From: Cellvibrionales bacterium
Lineage (GTDB): Bacteria > Pseudomonadota > Gammaproteobacteria > Pseudomonadales > JAHEIH01
Assembly: GCA_024639455.1 (NCBI GenBank)
Contig: JAHEIH010000003.1
Span: 85,276-149,275 of the forward strand
Direction: 5' to 3'
Length of the DNA: 64,000 nucleotides
Of this stretch, positions 17,362-25,961 are shown piece by piece; the stretch's first letter is position 1; the number at the start of each line of letters is the position of its first letter. Position numbers and translations under genes: made by a program. The notes under the pieces are model-generated. The model saw only the letters and a list, made by a program, of their open reading frames with translations, was not told the origin of the DNA and did not search any database.

Positions 17362-18495
17362 GTGACCGACGCACTCTCTATCTATGATCCTGATGGCAGT
17401 TTTGACGTTGCCTCTTTAGGGAACAATTTTGATACAACGACATTCAGCGATGTGGCTGCCATAGATGGCGATGCGACGCTGGTACTATGGTGCGGGTGCC
17501 AGGATATTAATGCATTAAAAGCGTTTGTAGATGATCGTGACGCCGACAAGGTGGCTACCGTTGTTTTAGCTGAAGGCCTTGATGTAGATGCCTGTGACGA
17601 CTTATTCGACGGTGGTATCTACGATGTGGTAGCGCCGGCTCAATTTGACGTGTTGGTAGCGCGACTTAAAAAAGCGGCTGCGGTGTTAAAAACCAAGGCA
17701 GACTTGCTGTTGCGCGCCACGCGTGCCAACGAAATGGCCTTTAGCGCCATGGCCAATACCGCAGATTTGGGTGCCTGCTTACAATTCTTTATGAAGAGTG
17801 TGGCATGCGAGGATTTTGTGTCTTTGGGTAAGCTGTTCTTCGAAACCATGAATCATTTCCACATCGAATGTGTGCTGCAAATACGCAGTGATTTTGGCGT
17901 GGTTAATTTGGCGCCTAAGGGTGAGCCTGGTGAATTTGAAGTGTTGTTGCTGAGTCATCTGAAAGATCGCGGGCGCTTCTTTGACCATAAGCAACGCACC
18001 ATTGTTAACTATGAAAACATCTCGCTGTTGATCAAAGACATGCCCGTCGAGGACCCCATAAAATATGGTCAGATTAAGGACAATATCCTGACGGTGGTCG
18101 AAGCAGTCGATATGAAAACCCGTGAATTGGATAACTTCCAAGCGCTGGCCAATGAAAAAGAATTGATGAAGCGCATCGTGCAGCGCGTCCAGACCATGGT
18201 GAAAGGCGTCGATGAATCCTTTAACAAGGTCATTAAAGATATTGCCGGCGTGGTGGAAGCCATGGTGCAAAGCACTGAGGAGATCATGCCTCAATTGATG
18301 ATGTCTGAAGAACAAGAGAGTTCTATTGAAGCCATCATGCAGCGCGGTATTACCGATACTCAGAGAGTCTTCAGTGATGGCCTCAAAGTGGACGAGGGCT
18401 TCCGTGACTTCCTGGAAGAATTGGGGCGCGTCACCGCTCAAACAAGCATCAGCCATGCCGAGATGGCCTCGCTGCTTGAAAAACTGCGCGATTAG
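17362..18495 (+). CDS. hypothetical protein (degenerate receiver-like N-terminus, helical/coiled-coil C-terminus)
   Basis: 377-aa ORF with a GTG start 3 nt after the DUF4404 stop. Composition is protein-like (D/E/K-rich). The 225-aa antisense ORF 17779-18456 is H/F-rich shadow. No family recognised. Confidence 0.6.
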   Translation: MTDALSIYDPDGSFDVASLGNNFDTTTFSDVAAIDGDATLVLWCGCQDINALKAFVDDRDADKVATVVLAEGLDVDACDDLFDGGIYDVVAPAQFDVLVARLKKAAAVLKTKADLLLRATRANEMAFSAMANTADLGACLQFFMKSVACEDFVSLGKLFFETMNHFHIECVLQIRSDFGVVNLAPKGEPGEFEVLLLSHLKDRGRFFDHKQRTIVNYENISLLIKDMPVEDPIKYGQIKDNILTVVEAVDMKTRELDNFQALANEKELMKRIVQRVQTMVKGVDESFNKVIKDIAGVVEAMVQSTEEIMPQLMMSEEQESSIEAIMQRGITDTQRVFSDGLKVDEGFRDFLEELGRVTAQTSISHAEMASLLEKLRD

Positions 18496-18498
18496 CCA

Positions 18499-19890
18499 CT
18501 AGGAAGAACACGATAGCGCGAGGCTTTTGTCCTCTTGTTTCGGTACTTCTAGCCACTGCGTATCTACAGGCATTGTGAACGGCTGCTGGAGCGCCTCAAA
18601 GAAACTATTTAATAGCGTGGTATTGCCCTGTTCAGCGGCGCCGATAACGCGTTGTGCGAGGTGGTTTCGCAACACAACGACGGGGTTTTTATTGCGTTGC
18701 GCCTCGCGCGCATCTTCGCCTGGAGTGCGTTTATCGCGATAGGCTGTTAACCAGTCCGTAGGGTCTTGGTTCTTGAATAGGGCGGCAAAATGTTGTTCGT
18801 CTTCAGCCAATGTTCGCATTGCATCGTGGTAGTCACAGGCTTCTTTTTCGAGCAGCGCTAACAGTTGTGCGATTAACTTTTCAGTATCTTCATCAATGTC
18901 ATTGGGCAGCCCCAAGCGTGCCGCCATGGCTTTCAAATAGGCGTCCACTAAGGTGGGCTCGTATTGTTCAAGGCTGTTTCGCAGATCGGCACCATCGATC
19001 AAGCTGCTTAGGGACATTGCCAAAGCATTCAAATTCCATAGGCCAATCGATGGCTGGCGATCAAAGGCGTAACGTCCTTGGTGGTCAGAGTGGTTGCAAA
19101 CAAAGTTAGCCACGTAGTCGTCAAGAAAACCATAGGGACCGTAATCGAGGGTGATCCCCAAAATCGACATATTGTCGGTGTTCATAACTCCGTGGGTAAA
19201 GCCCACCGCTTGCCATTGAGCCATTAGGTGAGCCGTGCGTTTGACCACTTCGGTGAACCAATCGGCGTATCCGTTGACGCCTGGAAAGTGTTTGCCGATC
19301 ACATAGTCGGCCAGTTCTTTGACTTTTTCGGGCTGGCGGCCGTAGTGGAAATGCTCGAAATGGCCAAAGCGGACATGGGATTCCGCGGTGCGAATAATCA
19401 TGGCGGCGGTCTCGTAGGATTCACGCCACACTGGTTCGCTGCTGCCTACCAAGGTGAGGGAACGCGAGGTAGAAACACCCAGTTGGTGCATGTATTCACC
19501 GCATAGGTACTCGCGAATACTAGAGCGTAGCACGGCGCGTCCATCGCCAAAGCGCGAATACGGGGTTTTGCCGGCGCCCTTGAGATGGAGGTCGTGTCCG
19601 TTGAGCTCGCCGAGTAAAATGCCGCGGCCATCGCCCAGTTGCCCGGCCCATTGACCAAACTGATGCCCTGAGTATACCTGTGACAGTGGTTGCATACCTG
19701 CTAACGGTGCGCCGCCGCTAGCGCAGACAAGCATTTCTTCGCTATGTAGCATTTCAGCGCTAATGCCAAGTTCTAAGGCAAGCGACGCGTTGGCGTGGAT
19801 CAGGTAGGCATCGCGAATGGGTGTAGGCGCAAGTAAGGTATAAAAGTCATCGCTCAGTGAGGCGTAACTGTTGTTAAAGGCGAGTGGCAT
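18499..19890 (-). CDS. selO: protein adenylyltransferase SelO (YdiU)
   Basis: GHQFGQWAGQLGDGRGILLGE and the rest of the SelO pseudokinase pattern. Start set at MPLAFNN (ATG 19890) to match the family N-terminus. Confidence 0.9.
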   Translation of the reverse strand: MPLAFNNSYASLSDDFYTLLAPTPIRDAYLIHANASLALELGISAEMLHSEEMLVCASGGAPLAGMQPLSQVYSGHQFGQWAGQLGDGRGILLGELNGHDLHLKGAGKTPYSRFGDGRAVLRSSIREYLCGEYMHQLGVSTSRSLTLVGSSEPVWRESYETAAMIIRTAESHVRFGHFEHFHYGRQPEKVKELADYVIGKHFPGVNGYADWFTEVVKRTAHLMAQWQAVGFTHGVMNTDNMSILGITLDYGPYGFLDDYVANFVCNHSDHQGRYAFDRQPSIGLWNLNALAMSLSSLIDGADLRNSLEQYEPTLVDAYLKAMAARLGLPNDIDEDTEKLIAQLLALLEKEACDYHDAMRTLAEDEQHFAALFKNQDPTDWLTAYRDKRTPGEDAREAQRNKNPVVVLRNHLAQRVIGAAEQGNTTLLNSFFEALQQPFTMPVDTQWLEVPKQEDKSLALSCSS

Positions 19891-20010
19891 AGTCGTGCTC
19901 AAATAGCTGTGTTTATATTTGTACGCATTATGGCACAGGCTGGCTGTCAAATCGTGGCTAAACCGTTATACTGAAAAGCAATTATATGCTTGAATTGGGA
20001 GCTGCCTGAC

Positions 20011-20988
20011 ATGGATTTACCGCTGCGTATGCGCCGTTTGAGACGTTCCGCTGGCCTTCGCGCGATGGTGCGTGAAAACCATATTTCGGTCGATGACCTT
20101 ATTCTGCCTCTGTTCGTGGAGGAGGGTATCGATAGCCCCATCCCCGTTGCCTCAATGCCGGGTGTTTATCGCTATCCCGAATCAGAGCTGGCTGCGCAGG
20201 TTAATCACGCTTGGCAGCGAGGTATTCGCGCCATTATTTTGTTTGGTGTTTCACACCACAAAGACGACGTGGGCAGCGACACGTGGTCAGACCAAGGTTT
20301 GATGGTGCGGATGATCCGCATCGCCAAGCAGACAGCCCCTAATATGCTAGTGATCAGCGATAATTGCTTCTGCGAATATACCGATCATGGCCACTGCGGG
20401 GTGGTTTGTGACGATGGACACGTCGATAATGACGCCACGCTAGATAACCTTCAACTTCAGGTGTTAGCGGCGGCGCGCGCCGGTGTAGATATGATTGCCC
20501 CTTCGGGGATGATGGACGGTATGATCGCCGCTATACGTGAGGCCTTGGATAGCCAGGGTTTTTCTCACATTCCGGTGATGTCTTACTCGTCGAAGTTCGC
20601 CTCGGCCTTTTATGGTCCCTTCCGCGACGCAGTGGATTCTAATTTCAAGGGTGATCGCAACGCCTACCAAATGGATCCGGCTAACGGTCGCGAGGCTTTA
20701 GCTGAATCGATGCAGGACGTCTACGAGGGAGCGGACATCTTGATGGTGAAGCCGGCCTTGGCTTATCTAGACGTGGTGACAAATATTCGCGCCAACACCG
20801 ATCGCCCATTAGCGGTTTACCATGTGAGCGGTGAGTACGCCATGGTGAAGGCCGCAGCGGCGGCTGGCGTTATCGATGAGCGTGCGGTGGTGATGGAAAC
20901 CATTCTCTCTTTTAAGCGCGCAGGTGCTGATTTGATCATTACCTACTACGCTCATGATATTGTGGATTGGTTGGAAGAGGGCGCCTAG
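20011..20988 (+). CDS. hemB: porphobilinogen synthase (delta-aminolevulinate dehydratase)
   Basis: MDLPLRMRRLRRSAGLRAMV N-terminus. Cys-rich metal site CFCEYTDHGHCG. GGGAG RBS upstream of ATG 20011. Confidence 0.95.
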   Translation: MDLPLRMRRLRRSAGLRAMVRENHISVDDLILPLFVEEGIDSPIPVASMPGVYRYPESELAAQVNHAWQRGIRAIILFGVSHHKDDVGSDTWSDQGLMVRMIRIAKQTAPNMLVISDNCFCEYTDHGHCGVVCDDGHVDNDATLDNLQLQVLAAARAGVDMIAPSGMMDGMIAAIREALDSQGFSHIPVMSYSSKFASAFYGPFRDAVDSNFKGDRNAYQMDPANGREALAESMQDVYEGADILMVKPALAYLDVVTNIRANTDRPLAVYHVSGEYAMVKAAAAAGVIDERAVVMETILSFKRAGADLIITYYAHDIVDWLEEGA

Positions 20989-20991
20989 CGC

Positions 20992-21627
20992 ATGCAAATT
21001 AAAGATCTCAGTGGATACAGCCAACAGGGCCTCGATCGCCTGCTCATGGCTATTCCTTTTTATAAGGAGATCAAGCAGGCTGATCGTTTGCAACTTGATT
21101 TGCTGCTCCAAAATAGCCGTATTGTGGAGCTTGAGCCCGGTGAGATCATCGTTAAGCGCGGCGATGTTGGGTTGTGGTTGTACTTTGTACTTAAAGGGAG
21201 CTTGTCGGTGTACCTGAATGAGCCGCACGGTGAGCCTATCAATCAGATCATTTCAGGCGAAACCTTTGGCGACTTGGCCATGCTCGCTGGCGGCGAGCGC
21301 CGCGCTACCGTGACCGCGGCGAAAAAGGGGCGAGGTGCCACGGTGTTAGGCCTGGATTTTAATGCCTTTGGTGAGCTGCATGACTTCTCGCAAATCCGAC
21401 TGGAAACTAAGCTGCAGTTTTATCGCTTGATGGTGTTTGGTATTCGCTGGAAATTAGAGCAAAAACGCCTCGCAAGCCCCTCGCATGCTAACGTTCAAAA
21501 AATGATGGCGACCCCTGTATCTGCAGGGCCTCGCGGCACCATGGAAGAGTTGCAAGGCCTGCATCAGCAGGCAACGGCGTTGGCGAACATCTTGATCGAT
21601 TGGAATAGCGAATCGCAGTTCTCGTAA
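20992..21627 (+). CDS. standalone cyclic-nucleotide-binding domain protein
   Basis: CNB core GEIIVKRGD...FGDLAMLAGGERRATVTA. No HTH or other output domain is recognisable. Confidence 0.75.
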   Translation: MQIKDLSGYSQQGLDRLLMAIPFYKEIKQADRLQLDLLLQNSRIVELEPGEIIVKRGDVGLWLYFVLKGSLSVYLNEPHGEPINQIISGETFGDLAMLAGGERRATVTAAKKGRGATVLGLDFNAFGELHDFSQIRLETKLQFYRLMVFGIRWKLEQKRLASPSHANVQKMMATPVSAGPRGTMEELQGLHQQATALANILIDWNSESQFS

Positions 21628-21717
21628 GCGTCACAATATGACTATTTTGGTCGCCGCCAGGGCCTCTGTGCGTGCTACAATCCGGCCTTTATGTACCTCA
21701 TGTCCACGGAGTCATAC

Positions 21718-23235
21718 ATGACCATTATTCGCCAAGACGATCTGATCGATAGCGTTGCAGATGCGCTGCAGTTTATCTCTTACTACCATCCCACCGATTT
21801 CATCCAGGCCGTAAACAAGGCCTATGAGCACGAAAAGAATCCCGCCGCCAAAGATGCCATGGCACAGATCCTTATCAACTCGCGCATGTCGGCCATGGGA
21901 CATCGCCCCATCTGCCAGGATACTGGTATCGTGACGGTCTTCGTTAAGATCGGTATGAATGTGCAGTGGGATGCCACCATGAGTGTCGATGACATGATTA
22001 ACGAAGGTGTGCGTCGTGCCTACCTGCACCCCGATAACGTGTTGCGTGCCTCAATTTTGGCGGATCCCGCCGGCGCACGTAAGAATACTAAAGACAACAC
22101 GCCTGCTGTGATCCACTACCAAATGGTGCCCGGTGACAAAGTAGAAGTAGACATTGCAGCCAAGGGTGGTGGTTCTGAGAACAAGACCAAGATGGTCATG
22201 CTCAATCCTTCGGACAGTATTGTCGACTGGGTGGTGAAAACTGTCCCCACCATGGGAGCGGGTTGGTGCCCACCAGGCATGCTCGGCATCGGCATCGGCG
22301 GCACTGCAGAAAAGGCCGCTGTGTTGGCCAAAGAAGCGCTTATGGAATCCATCGATATTCACGAGCTGCGCGAGCGTGGGCCTTCAAACCGCGCGGAAGA
22401 GCTGCGGTTAGAAATCATGGATGCCGTGAACAGTTTGGGGATTGGGGCGCAGGGCCTGGGTGGTTTGACCACCGTGCTGGATGTGAAAATCAAAGATTAC
22501 CCCACCCACGCGGCGTCATTACCTGTAGCGATGATTCCTAACTGTGCGGCGACACGCCACACCCACTTTGTGTTAGACGGTTCTGGTCCCGCGCTGCAAA
22601 CGCCACCTTCTATAGACGAATGGCCCGACATTACGTGGGAAGTGAGCGACAGCGTTAAGCGTGTCGATCTCAATACCATTACCAAAGAAGATGTTAAATC
22701 TTGGCAGCCCGGTGACACGCTGTTATTGAGCGGCAAGATGCTGACTGGCCGCGATGCTGCGCATAAGAAGATTGTCGACATGCTCAACAAAGGCGAGCAG
22801 TTGCCGGTCGATTTGGCGGGTCGATTCATCTACTACGTGGGGCCTGTGGATCCCGTGCGCGACGAAGTGGTTGGCCCCGCGGGTCCTACGACCGCGACCC
22901 GAATGGACAAATTCACTCGCCAAGTGTTGGCGGAAACTGGCCTGATGGGCATGATTGGTAAGGCCGAGCGAGGCCCCGTTGCCATCGAAGCGATCAAAGA
23001 ATTTGAATCGTCCTACCTGATGGCTGTGGGCGGTGCGGCCTACTTGGTGGCACAAGCGATTAAGCACGCCGAAGTTGTAGCCTTCCCTGAACTGGGTATG
23101 GAAGCGATCTACGAATTCGATGTGGTTGACATGCCCGTGACGGTGGCGGTAGACAGCAACGGTGAGTCGGTACACACCACTGGACCTCAACTCTGGCGCG
23201 CAAAGATCGAAGAGCAAAAGTTAGAATTGATATAA
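21718..23235 (+). CDS. class I (Fe-S) fumarate hydratase
   Basis: MTIIRQDDLIDSVADALQFISYYHP matches the Pseudomonas-type ~505-aa class I fumarase N-terminus. GGAG RBS before ATG 21718. Confidence 0.9.
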   Translation: MTIIRQDDLIDSVADALQFISYYHPTDFIQAVNKAYEHEKNPAAKDAMAQILINSRMSAMGHRPICQDTGIVTVFVKIGMNVQWDATMSVDDMINEGVRRAYLHPDNVLRASILADPAGARKNTKDNTPAVIHYQMVPGDKVEVDIAAKGGGSENKTKMVMLNPSDSIVDWVVKTVPTMGAGWCPPGMLGIGIGGTAEKAAVLAKEALMESIDIHELRERGPSNRAEELRLEIMDAVNSLGIGAQGLGGLTTVLDVKIKDYPTHAASLPVAMIPNCAATRHTHFVLDGSGPALQTPPSIDEWPDITWEVSDSVKRVDLNTITKEDVKSWQPGDTLLLSGKMLTGRDAAHKKIVDMLNKGEQLPVDLAGRFIYYVGPVDPVRDEVVGPAGPTTATRMDKFTRQVLAETGLMGMIGKAERGPVAIEAIKEFESSYLMAVGGAAYLVAQAIKHAEVVAFPELGMEAIYEFDVVDMPVTVAVDSNGESVHTTGPQLWRAKIEEQKLELI

Positions 23236-23262
23236 GGTTTGAAGCGTTAGCTATTTTTTGTA

Positions 23263-23290
23263 GGGGCGTTGTCAGTAGCGCCCCTTTTTT
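23263..23290 (+). terminator. rho-independent terminator after the fumarase gene
   Basis: GGGGCG (23263-68), a 10-nt loop, CGCCCC (23279-84), then TTTTTT (23285-90). Confidence 0.8.
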
Positions 23291-23304
23291 GTAAAGGATT
23301 CGTT

Positions 23305-24183
23305 GTGGTCGAGCAGGTCATAGGCATTGTTTTTCCGGTGTTTGCCATCGTGTTGGTGGGCTATGTCTATGGACGCTGGTATCGCCCAGATCTCGGGGCG
23401 GTAAATCGCATCAATATCGATGTTTTCGTGCCGGCGTTGATTTTTGCAGTATTGGCGGGTAAACCGATAGATCTGGCCGATTACCAATGGCTATTGCTCG
23501 GTGGGGCTTTCGTTGTGTTGCTGTCGGGGGTGTTGGTCTGGCCATTAGTCCGGTTATTGGGCTGGCAGAGCAAGACATTTATTCCGCCGGTGATGTTTAC
23601 CAATTCCGGCAACATGGGGCTGCCCTTGGTGCTGTTTGCTTTTGGCGAACATGCGCTTCCGGCGGCGGTGTTATTGTTCATCGTTGAAAATACGCTGCAT
23701 TTCACGGTGGGCATGAAAATGATGGATCGATCGTCCTCCATGCGACAGATCTTTCGCATGCCGATGCTATTGGCCACCGTCGCGGGTATTGCTGTTTCGG
23801 TGTTTGAGGTCACAGTCCCCGACGCCATTTATCGCCCCATAGACATGATTGGCCAGATCGCCATTCCTTTTATGTTGTTCGCCCTCGGTGTTCGGCTGGT
23901 CAGCGTCGAATTGCGCGATTGGAAGATTGGTATGGTGTCTGCCATTGCAACACCCGCCACCGGTTTGTTACTAGCGGCCATTTACTTGATGTGGATTGAA
24001 TTGCCGCCTGAGCAAGTGTCGTTATTGATATTGTTTGGGGCCTTGCCACCGGCGGTGCTGAATTTTATGGTGGCCGAAAAGTACCAACAGGAGCCTTCAA
24101 CGGTAGCTTCTATTGTGATGCTGGGGAATCTTGGTAGCGTGGTGGTCATTCCCAGCGTGCTGTATTTTATTCTGCCGCATTGA
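23305..24183 (+). CDS. AEC (auxin efflux carrier) family transporter
   Basis: About 10 TM segments in an AEC-like pattern. GTG 23305 chosen (AAAGGA RBS 6 nt upstream) because the ORF-track start 23269 lies inside the terminator hairpin. Confidence 0.75.
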   Translation: MVEQVIGIVFPVFAIVLVGYVYGRWYRPDLGAVNRINIDVFVPALIFAVLAGKPIDLADYQWLLLGGAFVVLLSGVLVWPLVRLLGWQSKTFIPPVMFTNSGNMGLPLVLFAFGEHALPAAVLLFIVENTLHFTVGMKMMDRSSSMRQIFRMPMLLATVAGIAVSVFEVTVPDAIYRPIDMIGQIAIPFMLFALGVRLVSVELRDWKIGMVSAIATPATGLLLAAIYLMWIELPPEQVSLLILFGALPPAVLNFMVAEKYQQEPSTVASIVMLGNLGSVVVIPSVLYFILPH

Positions 24184-24237
24184 TGCCTGCGCCACATGTC
24201 ACTAGCGATGTTGTTCGAAGTCTTGTAGATTGACGCC

Positions 24238-25674
24238 ATGAAAACTAACACGACCCTTTACTGGCACGATTATGAGACGTGGGGTGCCACGCCATCGCGC
24301 GATCGTCCTTCGCAATTTGCTGGTGTGCGCACCGACGAAGATTTTAATATTATCGGTAAGCCGCTGTGCATTTACTGCCGGCCATGCCCAGATGTGCTGC
24401 CTCACCCAGAAGCATGCTTAATTACCGGTATCACCCCGCAGAAAGCGATGGCCGAGGGCTACAGCGAGGCGGAATTTATCGCCACTATTCACGCTGAAAT
24501 GAGCCAGCCGGGCACCTGTGGTGTGGGATACAACAGTCTGCGTTTTGACGACGAAGTGACCCGTTATACCCTTTGGCGCAATTTCTACGACCCCTACGAG
24601 CGGGAGTGGAAGAATGGCAATAGTCGCTGGGATATTATCGATATGGTGCGTTTAACCTATGCGCTGCGCCCCGAGGGTATTGAGTGGCCCACCCGCCAAG
24701 ATGACCCGAGCTTGCCGAGTTTTAAATTGGAAGAGCTGTCTAAGGCTAATGGCATTGTGCACGAAGCAGCACACGACGCGATGTCGGATGTCTACGCCAC
24801 TATTGGCTTGGCGAAGATGATTAAAACCAAGCAGCCCAAGCTGTACGACTACGTGTTTCAGATGCGCGACAAACACAAGGTAGCTGAGCTGCTCAATTGG
24901 CGTGAGCAAAAGCCTGTGATCTATGTGTCTTCCATGGTGCCTGCATCTCAGGGTTGTTTGACCCTGTTAATGCCGATTGCTCAGCACCCGACACAAAAAA
25001 ACTCGGTGTTGTGTATCGATCTGCTGCAGGCGCCAGACGATGTATTGTCGATGGGGGCAGCGCAGTTGCGTGAGCTGATGTATACCCGAACTGAAGACTT
25101 GCCTGAGGGGCAGGGGCGCATCCCAATTGTGCAGATCAAGACCAATCAATGCCCAGTGATTGCAACCACGCAGTTGCTCAACGAGGCCAGTCAGCAGCGC
25201 TTGGGGATCGATATGAATCGCGCTCGCCAACACTGGAAACAATTGCACAATGCGGTGGGTCTGGAGCAAAAGTTACGCGATATATTTGCCGAGGAACGCG
25301 TGTTTGACTGCAAAGATCCGGAGCAAGCGCTGTATGGTGAATTTGTGCCCGCGCACGATAAGCCCACCATGCAGCAGGTCCGACAGGCCTCGGGCCAAGA
25401 CCTGGCAGAGACAACCTATACCTTTTACGACAAGCGTTTACAAGAAATGCTATTTCGCTATCGCGCGCGCAATTTTCCTGAGAGCCTCAGCGAACAAGAT
25501 CGGTTACAATGGGTGGACTTTTGTTTTCAGCGGCTAAGTGAGGGTTTATACCCTGGCGATTTGACACTGGAGGCCTTCCAACAAGTGATTGAAGAAAAGT
25601 GGCCCAATGCTACCGATGGCCAGCGCAGAATTTTACAAGCGCTAGCGAATTGGGGTGACGAACTGCTCTGCTAA
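24238..25674 (+). CDS. sbcB: exodeoxyribonuclease I
   Basis: LYWHDYETWGATPSRDRPSQFAGVRTD (DEDDh Exo I N-terminus), 478 aa. Confidence 0.9.
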   Translation: MKTNTTLYWHDYETWGATPSRDRPSQFAGVRTDEDFNIIGKPLCIYCRPCPDVLPHPEACLITGITPQKAMAEGYSEAEFIATIHAEMSQPGTCGVGYNSLRFDDEVTRYTLWRNFYDPYEREWKNGNSRWDIIDMVRLTYALRPEGIEWPTRQDDPSLPSFKLEELSKANGIVHEAAHDAMSDVYATIGLAKMIKTKQPKLYDYVFQMRDKHKVAELLNWREQKPVIYVSSMVPASQGCLTLLMPIAQHPTQKNSVLCIDLLQAPDDVLSMGAAQLRELMYTRTEDLPEGQGRIPIVQIKTNQCPVIATTQLLNEASQQRLGIDMNRARQHWKQLHNAVGLEQKLRDIFAEERVFDCKDPEQALYGEFVPAHDKPTMQQVRQASGQDLAETTYTFYDKRLQEMLFRYRARNFPESLSEQDRLQWVDFCFQRLSEGLYPGDLTLEAFQQVIEEKWPNATDGQRRILQALANWGDELLC

Positions 25675-25958
25675 TGGTCGGTAGTAACGAGCTCGATTCC
25701 AGCCCTTGGTTCGTATATATGATTCGCTGTCGCAGCGGCAAGTTGTACACCGGGGTAACGACGGATTTAGTGCGCCGTTGGCGTGAACACAACGGTGGCG
25801 CGCAAGGGGCGAAATATACCCGTGCGGATCCGCCCGAAGCTATGGTGTACCATGAGCCTCAGGCCGACCGTTCTAGCGCTTGTAAGCGCGAAGCCGCGAT
25901 AAAAAAACTCCCGCGTGCCGCCAAGTTGGCGCTTATTGCGGGCACGAGTAAGGAATAG
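25674..25958 (+). CDS. GIY-YIG nuclease-family protein (UPF0213/YhbQ-like)
   Basis: FVYMIRCRSGKLYTGVTTDLVRRWREHN (GIY...YTG motif). TAATG overlap with sbcB. Confidence 0.85.
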   Translation: MVGSNELDSSPWFVYMIRCRSGKLYTGVTTDLVRRWREHNGGAQGAKYTRADPPEAMVYHEPQADRSSACKREAAIKKLPRAAKLALIAGTSKE

Positions 25959-25961
25959 TGA

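Noticed and set aside
17779-18456. 225-aa minus-strand ORF fully inside the 377-aa plus-strand hypothetical gene.
   Set aside because: Its composition (runs of H, F, L, Q) is what an antisense reading of a D/E/K/M-rich gene produces. It has no RBS or coupling context, whereas the plus-strand ORF is coupled to the DUF4404 gene.
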